Source: Reclinomonas americana ATCC 50394 (lineage: Eukaryota). Taken from it: DNA of 44,909 nt. The notes below the pieces were generated by a model, which did no database searches, was not told where the DNA came from, and saw nothing but the letters and a program-made list of their open reading frames with translations. The DNA is taken from the NCBI GenBank assembly GCA_048213135.1, contig PS015102.1, forward strand, positions 1 to 44,909, read 5' to 3'. Position 1 is the first letter of the stretch, and each line of letters begins with the position of its first letter. The position numbers and the translations under genes are program-made. Positions 31,073 to 44,909 of this stretch are shown here, piece after piece.

Positions 31073-34000
31073 ATGCGCTCTCCCTCTCTGCTGCTGCTGC
31101 TGCTCGCCACCTGTGTCGTGTTGCTCTGCATCACGCACACCGCCAGTGCGCGATTCACTGCTGTGCAGAACATTACACAAATCAGTGCGTCTCTCTGTCA
31201 TGACACACACACACTTTCTCTCACTCTCTCACTCTCACACTCACAGTTCACTCATTCGGATACCCCTGTGAGGACCATCATGTGCTTACGCCCAGCGGCT
31301 TTCATGTGTGTGTTCAGCGGATGAAGCATGCGTCGGCGTCGCCAGTTGGTGAGAGAAGAAAGACAGAGAGAGAGAGAGAGATAGAGAGTGTGTGAGTGTG
31401 TGCGTGTGTGTGTGAGTGAGAGAGACAGGCAGATGAACAGCGGAAGAATGAAGGAAAGACTGAGAGAGAGACAGAGTGAGTGAAAGAGTGAAAGAGTGAG
31501 AGATTAACTGTTTGCAGACAGTATTCGCATGCTCCTTTTTTCTCTCCCTCCCTCCTCTCCTCCTTCTCCCTCCCATCTCTCTCCTCCTCCTGCAGTGTTC
31601 CTTCAGCATGGCATTCTCGACTCGGCCATGACATGGGCCATGAATCTCCCCTCCGAGTCACTGGCGTTTCTGCTGTACGATGCCGGGTTCGAAGGTACAT
31701 CTTTTGACACTGGGCGGACGGACTTGCACGTGACTGACTTTCATTCACATAGTGTGGCTCGGCAACGATCGCGGCTCGACGTACTCGGAGCCTCTGAACC
31801 CGGAAACTGGTGTGTATTGCGACTGTTTCTCTCCCCCTTGTCTTCATTGACTGTTGTTGTTTGGTGTGCAGATGCGTACTGGGACTTTACGGTGGACGAC
31901 TTGGCGCTGGTGGATCTGCCGGCGGTTCTGGAGTATGTGTTGCAGCAGTCGCAAGCGGCGTCGTTGTCGTATGTTGGCCACTCGCAGGGAACCACGCAAG
32001 CGTTTGCGCTGTTCTCGCGCAACCCGAAGGACATTGCCAGTCGTGTTGTTGCGTGTCGCCCGCCCTCCCGTTCCCTCTCTCTCGCCCTCTCGTGCACACA
32101 TGCTCTCTTTATNNNNNNNNNNNNNNNNNNNNNNNNNNNNNNNNNNNNNNNNNNNNNNNNNNNNNNNNNNNNNNNNNNNNNNNNNNNNNNNNNNNNNNNN
32201 NNNNNNNNNNNNNNNNNNNNNNNNNNNNNNCTCTTTCTCTCTCTCTCTCACGCATTCGCGCACACACACTCTGTACAGTCTGTCTTTTGTCAGTTTTCTC
32301 TGTTTTTCAGCCTTTTGCCTTTGCCTTCTCCCCCATATCTCTCTCTCTCCTGCGACACCCTGCCTCCCTCCCTCTCTCCGGCTCTGTCTCCTTACTCTCT
32401 CTCTCTCTCTCTCACTCGCATACACACACTCTCTATGTATGTATCTAGCTTTCGCTTTGTCTGTGTCGTTGTCGTCTTTCTCTGTTTATCAGCCAAATGC
32501 CATATCTCCCTTCCTCCCTCTCTCTCCCTCCCTCCTTCCCTCCCTTCCTCCCTCCCATTCTCCAACCTTCTCGCCTCCTGCACAGAACATTTTCGTGGCT
32601 CTTGCTCCTTCCCCCTTCTCTTTCCTTCTTTCTTCTCCTGTCTCCCTGNNNNNNNNNNNNNNNNNNNNNNNNNNNNNNNNNNNNNNNNNNNNNNNNNNNN
32701 NNNNNNNNNNNNNNNNNNNNNNNNNNNNNNNNNNNNNNNNNNNNNNNNNNNNNNNNNNNNNNNNNNNNNNNNNNNNNNNNNNNNNNNNNNNNNNNNNNNN
32801 NNNNNNNNNNNNNNNNNNNNNNNNNNNNNNNNNNNNNNNNNNNNNNNNNNNNNNNNNNNNNNNNNNNNNNNNNNNNNNNNNNNNNNNNNNNNNNNNNNNN
32901 NNNNNNNNNNNNNNNNNNNNNNNNNNNNNNNNNNNNNNNNNNNNNNNNNNNNNNNNNNNNNNNNNNNNNNNNNNNNNNNNNNNNNNNNNNNNNNNNNNNN
33001 NNNNNNNNNNNNNNNNNNNNNNNNNNNNNNNNNNNNNNNNNNNNNNNNNNNNNNNNNNNNNNNNNNNNNNNNNNNNNNNNNNNNNNNNNNNNNNNNNNNN
33101 NNNNNNNNNNNNNNNNNNNNNNNNNNNNNNNNNNNNNNNNNNNNNNNNNNNNNNNNNNNNNNNNNNNNNNNNNNNNNNNNNNNNNNNNNNNNNNNNNNNN
33201 NNNNNNNNNNNNNNNNNNNNNNNNNNNNNNNNNNNNNNNNNNNNNNNNNNNNNNNNNNNNNNNNNNNNNNNNNNNNNNNNNNNNNNNNNNNNNNNNNNNN
33301 NNNNNNNNNNNNNNNNNNNNNNNNNNNNNNNNNNNNNNNNNNNNNNNNNNNNNNNNNNNNNNNNNNNNNNNNNNNNNNNNNNNNNNNNNNNNNNNNNNNN
33401 NNNNNNNNNNNNNNNNNNNNNNNNNNNNNNNNNNNNNNNNNNNNNNNNNNNNNNNNNNNNNNNNNNNNNNNNNNNNNNNNNNNNNNNNNNNNNNNNNNNN
33501 NNNNNNNNNNNNNNNNNNNNNNNNNNNNNNNNNNNNNNNNNNNNNNNNNNNNNNNNNNNNNNNNNNNNNNNNNNNNNNNNNNNNNNNNNNNNNNNNNNNN
33601 NNNNNNNTCTCCCTGACTCCCTGCCTCCCTGCCTCCCTCTCACCCTCTCCCTCCCTCCCTGCCTGCCTCCCTGCCTCCCTGCCTCCCTGCCTCCCTGCCT
33701 CCCTGCCTCCCTGCCTCCCTGCCTCCCTTTCTCTCTCTCTCTTCCTCCTTCCCTCCCTTCCACTCTCTAATTCTCCGCCTCAGTCCCTCCCACTCTCTCG
33801 CTCCCCCCTCTCTCTCCCTCCCTTTCTCCCTCCCTTCCTCCCTCCCTCCTACTCTCTAACCCTCCCTTCCTCCCTTCCTCCCACTCTCTAACCCTCCCGC
33901 CTCCCGCGCAGAACATTTTCATCGCTCTGGCGCCTGTCGCCTACGTGGCACACCCAGGTCCGTCGCGCGCTCCGTCGCCACGTACTTCCCACCCTCCCCT

Positions 34001-34929
34001 CACACTCATCACCGTATTCCCTTGCAGGAAGCCCCCTGTTCAAGGCCATTGCCGAGCTGCCGGCGCCTGCCCTGCTGGAATTGCTGGGCGTGCGCCGCTT
34101 CCTGCCCGACACTGCGCTGCTGGAGCAGCTACTGCCGGGCGTGTGCACCATTGCGCCGTGGATCTGCGACGATGTGCTGTGCGCGGTCGCTGGCTGCGAC
34201 GACAAGCAGGTGTGCATCTTCTTTCTCCATCCTTGTCTCGTGTAATCTCACCTCACCGTGTGCGCACAGTTCTTCAACCAAACCCGCTGGCCGTTCCTCA
34301 TGCAACACTACCCGTCGGGGACGAGCGTGGTGAATATGGATCGCTGGGCACAAGCGGTGCGAACGGGCACTTTCCAGGTGCGTGCTGTTGGGGAAGCGTG
34401 CGAGTTTAGTTGTTGTTGCTCATTCTTTTGCATGGCACAGATGTATGACTTTGGCAGCCCGGCGAAGGTATGCTTCCTCCAGCTGGAGCTCTCTTTGTTT
34501 GTCCTCCCCATCTCATGTCTTCTTCGTTGTAGAACCGTGCTCACTACGGACAAGACACGCCGCCACCGTATGAGTTGAGCAAGCTTGCCGTTCGCACGGC
34601 GCTCTTCCACGGTGGTATGGACAAGCTGGCTGGTTTGTGAAACTCACGAGGGGCGACCACCTGTGTTGCTGTTGTCTCACTCGTTCCCCTCGGATGCACA
34701 GATCCCACGGATGTCGCCAAGGCGCTGACGGAGTTGCCCAAGGACAAGGTGGTTTACGTGCAGGAGAACCCCACGTTCGGGCACGGCAGCTTTGTGGTGC
34801 GTGTGCATCGTTGTTGATACATTCGATTTCTCTCTCATCCCGCGTGTGCGTACGCAGTGGGGTCTGAATGCCAAGGCGCAGATCTACGACAAGATCATTT
34901 CCCTTATTCGAGAGCACTCGTACCTGTAA
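31073..34929 (+). CDS. Secreted/lysosomal acid lipase (LIPA/gastric lipase family); 11 introns
   Basis: Signal peptide; GYPCEDHHVLT, VFLQHGILDS, DAGFEVWLGNDRG, GHSQG nucleophile, ALAP, PSGTSV, MYDFG, YGQDTPPPY, GGMDKLAD, FGHGSFVWG. Confidence 0.93.
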
Positions 34930-35084
34930 TTGAACATGGGTGCCTTTTTCTTTCTCACACTGTTATTCAGTCAAGATCTTACTCCGTGGCGGCTTCTTGA
35001 CCCACGTTGACCTCGGTGATATAAGGAAGGCGACGGGAGTGGCAGGACTCTTTGTGGCTCAGCAAACGATCGTGCAAGTCCTAT

Positions 35085-35715
35085 TGGTTCTTCAGCCGTA
35101 CGGTGGCTGTGCTTCCGCATCAGTGGAGGACCACGTACCTGATTGCGGCTGGCGATGATCGCGATCAACAATTATGCACGTTCTTTCTTTCTCCAGTCTA
35201 CAGCGTGTCGTCGATAGGGCTGCACAAGTGCCACCAACGACCCACCACATGACGATGAAAAGCGCTCGAAGTTGCTTTTCATTTCACTGGCTATAACTGA
35301 TTGATGAGCAACATTCCTTGCTTCTTCAGCCTACGACGGCTGTATGCATCCTGAACTGAGCTGCATTCATGCCATCTACAGCCCAACAAACAACTTCAGG
35401 TGAAGAAGAAAAGCACGAACTTGGTTCCGGATGGCGCCGGCGCCGGCGATCGCACACGATATCGATCTCCAATTGTGCAAGTTTTTTTTTGCTTCTTCAC
35501 GCTTTGCTGGTTGCGTATGTCCTGAACAGAGATGCCTGCCACTGACAGCCCACCAAACAACTTCAGGTGCAGAAGATAGGCAGGAAAACTGCAATCGATC
35601 TCCAATCGCGCAAGCTTCTTTCTTCCGGTGAAGGTGGCTGTGCATGTCGTGAACATAGTTGCATTCCGTACCGCCGACAACCCAACAAACAACTTTAGGT
35701 GAAGAAGAAAACGCT
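35085..35715. repeat. Degenerate tandem repeat upstream of carboxylesterase
   Basis: CAAACAACTT(C/T)AGGTG(A/C)AGAAGA at 35387, 35554, 35686; TTCTTC...GGCTGT..TGAAC blocks at ~35090, 35322, 35493, 35620. Confidence 0.75.
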
Positions 35716-35743
35716 TGTCACGGCGTCCTGTCATCACTCTATC

Positions 35744-38700
35744 ATGTCGCCTCGGAGCGCTCACCACGCGCTCCTTCTTGTGCTCGCACTTTTACTACTC
35801 ACCTGCAGCACTCTCGGCCTCTCAGAAGGCGACTCGCTTCTCATTGCCACACAATATGGGCAAGTGCGCGGTCTGATTGCTGAGTGGCCTTCTCTTGGAG
35901 GAGATAGTGTGGTCTCTGCGCGAGCGTGGTTTGGCATTCCGTTCGCTCAACCGCCTGTGGGGGTGTTGAGATGGGCGAGTCCGCAGGCGCCGACTGCGTG
36001 GAGTGGTGTGAGAGGTGTGTGTGAGAGGGAGAGAGAGGAAGAGAATNNNNNNNNNNNNNNNNNNNNNNNNNNNNNNNNNNNNNNNNNNNNNNNNNNNNNN
36101 NNNNNNNNNNNNNNNNNNNNNNNNNNNNNNNNNNNNNNNNNNNNNNNNNNNNNNNNNNNNNNNNNNNNNNNNNNNNNNNNNNNNNNNNNNNNNNNNNNNN
36201 NNNNNNNNNNNNNNNNNNNNNNNNNNNNNNNNNNNNNNNNNNNNNNNNNNNNNNNNNNNNNNNNNNNNNNNNNNNNNNNNNNNNNNNNNNNNNNNNNNNN
36301 NNNNNNNNNNNNNNNNNNNNNNNNNNNNNNNNNNNNNNNNNNNNNNNNNNNNNNNNNNNNNNNNNNNNNNNNNNNNNNNNNNNNNNNNNNNNNNNNNNNN
36401 NNNNNNNNNNNNNNNNNNNNNNNNNNNNNNNNNNNNNNNNNNNNNNNNNNNNNNNNNNNNNNNNNNNNNNNNNNNNNNNNNNNNNNNNNNNNNNNNNNNN
36501 NNNNNNNNNNNNNNNNNNNNNNNNNNNNNNNNNNNNNNNNNNNNNNNNNNNNNNNNNNNNNNNNNNNNNNNNNNNNNNNNNNNNNNNNNNNNNNNNNNNN
36601 NNNNNNNNNNNNNNNNNNNNNNNNNNNNNNNNNNNNNNNNNNNNNNNNNNNNNNNNNNNNNNNNNNNNNNNNNNNNNNNNNNNNNNNNNNNNNNNNNNNN
36701 NNNNNNNNNNNNNNNNNNNNNNNNNNNNNNNNNNNNNNNNNNNNNNNNNNNNNNNNNNNNNNNNNNNNNNNNNNNNNNNNNNNNNNNNNNNNNNNNNNNN
36801 NNNNNNNNNNNNNNNNNNNNNNNNNNNNNNNNNNNNNNNNNNNNNNNNNNNNNNNNNNNNNNNNNNNNNNNNNNNNNNNNNNNNNNNNNNNNNNNNNNNN
36901 NNNNNNNNNNNNNNNNNNNNNNNAGAGAGAGAGAGAGAGGGGAGAGAAAGGAGAAGGGAAGTAGAGGGAGCGAGAGTGTCATGCTGCAGGGTTGCTTGAT
37001 GGGAGACGGAGAATTATTCGTCTTCAGCAGTCTTCTCAGCATTCTCCTCACTGCATTCTCCTCCTGACTGTTCACTGCATTCTCCTCACTTGCGCTCTCC
37101 TCACTACATTGTCCTCACTGCGTTCTGCTCACTGCGTTCTGCTCACTGCGTTCTGCTCACTGCGTTCTGCTCACTGCGTTCTGCTCACTGCGTTCTGCTC
37201 ACTGCGTTCTGCTCACTGCGTTCTCCTCACTGCATTCTCTTCACTGCATTCTCCTCACTGCATTCTCCTCACTGCATTCTCCTCACTGCATTCTCCTCAC
37301 TGCATTCTCCTCACTGCGTTCTCCTCACTGCATTCTCTCACTGCATTCTCTCACTGTATTCTCCTCCCTGCGTTCTCCTCACTGCGCTCTCCTCACTGCA
37401 TTCTCCTCACTGCATTCTCCTCACTGCGCTCTCCTCTCTCCTTCTGCTCCTTCACTGCATTCTTCTCACTGAATTCTCTTTTCCACACTTCTCACCTTCC
37501 CCAACCCACCCTTCGCCCTTCCTCCCTCCCCCTCCCCCCTTCCCCTCGTCCCCCCTTCCACAGACGCCACACACCTCTCCCCCGGCTGCCCACAACCGGC
37601 CTGCGAGATCATGTCACCCTTGCCCCACGACTGCCCCGCCACCATCTCCGAGGACTGTCTGTATCTGAACGTGGTGGCCCCTGTTGACGCCGGCAGCAAT
37701 CTGCGCCCCGTCATGGTGTGGATCCACGGCGGTCAGTTTGTGAATGGCGCGGGCTCCTCACGCGCCTTTGAGGGCATCTATGGTGTGTCGACGAGTGGCA
37801 TTGTGCTGGTGACCATCAACTACCGACTGGGCGCTCTCGGATTTCTGGCCACCGAATCGCTGGCGGGTGACTATGGCATTGAGGATCAGCGTGCGGCACT
37901 GGAGTGGGTGCAGGCCAACATTGCGCAGTTTGGTGGCGACCCGCGAAATGTGACTCTGTTTGGGCAGTCGGCCGGCGGCACGTCAGTATCGGTGCATGTG
38001 GTGTCACCGAAGAGCAAAGTGAGTGCGTGCACGCTAGTGTGTGTGCACAAGCTTGCGCTCATTAACTCTGTGTGCGATCGAAGGGACTCTTTTCGCGTGC
38101 CATTGTGCACTCGAATCCCTTCTCGCTTCCGCTGCACGATCGCAGTCAGGCGACAAAAGTCGGAGCCAGCTTCGCGAAACATGTCGGCTGTGCGCGCGAC
38201 GACGTGCAGTGCATGCGTGGCAAGCCGTGGTCAGGTGCGTTGTCCCGTATTTGGCTGCTTGTGATCGCACCGCCACCAACACTTTCTGTGTGCGTTGCAG
38301 ATGTGGTCACTGCGCAAGATCACTCCAACTATTTCGATGTGGTGGATCTGCTCGAAGGTGCACTTTGTTGGGCAGCTGTCAATCGTGCTTGTGTACTAAC
38401 TGCGCCACCAGCCGTGTACCCATGGGCACCTATTGCCGGCACCGACGCTCTCCCCGGTCAGCCCGTCGACCTGCTGATGGTGGGTGTTGGAGAAGAGAGC
38501 GCTCCGCCGCTTAGCCTCTCGCCTCTCTCCCTTTCCCTCCCTCCCTCCCTCCCTGCCTCTCTCTCTCTCTCTCTTTGTCCCCTCTCCCCGCTTTACTTAT
38601 CTCTTTCCTTTCCGTCAACCCACCCCTTTCTCTTCCCCCTTCTCTTCCCCCTTCTCTTCCCCTTGTCTTCCCCTTGTCTTGCCCTCTCTCTTCCCTCTCT

Positions 38701-40825
38701 CTTCCCCCTCTCTTCCCCGTCTCTTCCACCCTGCTCTTCCACCCTTCTCTTCCGCTATCTCTTCCCCCATCTCTTCCCATTCTCTTCCCCCTCTTCTCCC
38801 TCCCTTTCCCTTCTCTCCCCTTTCTCCCATCTTCTGTCCTCTCTTCCCCTTCTCCTCCCCCTTCTCTTCCCCCTTGTCTTCCCCTTGTCTTCCCCCTTCC
38901 CCTTCCCCCTTCCCCTTCCCTCTTCCCCTTCCCCGTTGCTCATCCCCCTTNNNNNNNNNNNNNNNNNNNNNNNNNNNNNNNNNNNNNNNNNNNNNNNNNN
39001 NNNNNNNNNNNNNNNNNNNNNNNNNNNNNNNNNNNNNNNNNNNNNNNNNNNNNNNNNNNNNNNNNNNNNNNNNNNNNNNNNNNNNNNNNNNNNNNNNNNN
39101 NNNNNNNNNNNNNNNNNNNNNNNNNNNNNNNNNNNNNNNNNNNNNNNNNNNNNNNNNNNNNNNNNNNNNNNNNNNNNNNNNNNNNNNNNNNNNNNNNNNN
39201 NNNNNNNNNNNNNNNNNNNNNNNNNNNNNNNNNNNNNNNNNNNNNNNNNNNNNNNNNNNNNNNNNNNNNNNNNNNNNNNNNNNNNNNNNNNNNNNNNNNN
39301 NNNNNNNNNNNNNNNNNNNNNNNNNNNNNNNNNNNNNNNNNNNNNNNNNNNNNNNNNNNNNNNNNNNNNNNNNNNNNNNNNNNNNNNNNNNNNNNNNNNN
39401 NNNNNNNNNNNNNNNNNNNNNNNNNNNNNNNNNNNNNNNNNNNNNNNNNNNNNNNNNNNNNNNNNNNNNNNNNNNNNNNNNNNNNNNNNNNNNNNNNNNN
39501 NNNNNNNNNNNNNNNNNNNNNNNNNNNNNNNNNNNNNNNNNNNNNNNNNNNNNNNNNNNNNNNNNNNNNNNNNNNNNNNNNNNNNNNNNNNNTGTCTTCC
39601 CCCATGTCTTCCCCCATGTCTTCCCCCATGTCTTCCTCTTGTCTTCCCTTTCTCTTCCTCTTGTCTTCCCCTTCTCTTCCCCCTTGTCCTTCCCCTCCCT
39701 CCCTCCCTCTCTATTCCTTCCTCTCCCTCATCGTCCTCACCATCACCACACGTGCCAGGCCGGACGCGTGAACGATGCCGTGCCCATGATTGTCGGCAAC
39801 AACCGCGAAGAGGGACACACCTTCATCTACGTGGCGCTGCACAAGGCCGTGTTGCCTGTGGAACTAGATGCCGCGCTGGCTGTGTTGTTTGGCGCGCGGC
39901 ACGTGGAGAGCAGTTGCGTGTTGTTTTGCCAAGGGGATGGAAGGGCGCTTCCTTACCTGCTTCTATTTCAGTTCGCTCGCTCTACGGCGCCTGTGCTGGC
40001 GACGACTGCCGCGACGTGCTGTCTGAGGTTGCGTGATTTTCTCGCGCGGCTTCTAGCTCTCGCTTGCCATCTCATCATGATGCGCAGATCGCCACGCACT
40101 GGATGTTTGCCTGTCCGAATCGTGCCGTGGTCCGCGCACTGCGATTGCGCTTCCCTGCACAGCCACTCCATGTGTACTACTTTGACCGTGCACCGCCGTA
40201 TGAGAGCCTGTGGGTGCGTGGAGTGGGGGGATGTCAAGCCTGTTGCTCGTTCTTTCTCTGCGCGTCTCGCCTCTGCCCAAATCTTATGGTGCAAGACAAT
40301 TCTTTCCTTTTTCTCAGTCGTTCATTCTGTGTCTGCCTCCTCTAGCGTGTTGGTTGGTATTTACTCACACCTCTTGTTGTACTGCTCACAGTCGGAACGA
40401 TTCTCATTCTGCCGCAATCAGTTGCGTTGCGCACTGCCTCCCTCCTCACCATCGTAATCTCGGTGTCTCACACCATGTCGAGCAGCACATGCCACAGCGC
40501 GGAGCTGTGCTACGTGTTCGCCAACGCTGCTGGCCTCATGAATATCACCTACTCTGATGGCGATCTGGCGCTCACCGAGTCCATGGTCGCCCACTGGACG
40601 TCGTTTGCCAAGGGCGCAAGCGACCAGGACGACAACCTGTGGCCCAACTGGTCGCCCGACGAGCAGCCGGGCCTGGTGTTTGACGCCACGCTCCCCTCGC
40701 CCACCACGCGAGTGAGCCAGAGATACGCCAGCTACTGCGATTTGTGGGACAAGATTGGGTACAGCAGAGGCACGCGGAATCACGATGCCGCCACAATCGT
40801 CAACAACAACAACAATATGGGTTAA
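35744..40825 (+). CDS. Secreted type-B carboxylesterase/cholinesterase-family hydrolase; 9 introns
   Basis: Signal peptide; [74 protein letters not shown]. Confidence 0.95.
37040..37470 (+). repeat. 14-bp tandem repeat (CTCACTGCGTTCTG / CTCACTGCATTCTC) in carboxylesterase intron 1
   Basis: Directly visible array of roughly 30 units. Confidence 0.9.
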
Positions 40826-40881
40826 ACATTTATGTGATAATCGAAGAAGCATGATGCCATTATCGGCGGGATCATTTTGCG

Positions 40882-44782
<3,901 letters not shown>

Positions 44783-44856
44783 GTTTTGGTCCTGTTGTTT
44801 TGTTGTCCTTCTTCACAGTCTTTACATCAATGGGCAAAGCAAGGCGAGGTCGGTGT

Positions 44857-44909
<53 letters not shown>

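Noticed and set aside
35376-35767. Minus ORFs with repeated LLHLKLFVGL
   Set aside because: Translation of the DNA repeat; copies fall in different frames.

Overview
Draft-assembly scaffold (many N gaps, microsatellites) from an intron-rich, gene-dense microbial eukaryote. Splicing exons by hand gives ten genes: a 5'-truncated membrane-anchored S8 protease with a long repetitive ectodomain (+); a phage/bacterial-type pyrimidine-dimer DNA glycosylase-like gene split over a probably inverted contig; a TMEM42-like gene; a CDC48/AFG2-like double AAA+ ATPase (-); RAD1 (+); an uncharacterised gene (+); xanthine dehydrogenase (-); an acid lipase (+); a type-B carboxylesterase (+); and an NAD/FAD/folate-type SLC25 carrier (-). 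The main signal is in the splice sites. By my count about 26 of ~108 readable introns use a second 5' splice-site class, the ordinary donor with an extra T after GT (GTTGCGT, GTTTCGT, GTTACGT, GTTGAGT versus GTGCGT, GTTCGT, GTACGT, GTGAGT). Several are fixed by reading frame and conserved motifs in XDH, RAD1 and the lipase. The AAA gene also has a U12-type AT-AC intron and a GC-AG intron. All models are manual and lack transcript support.
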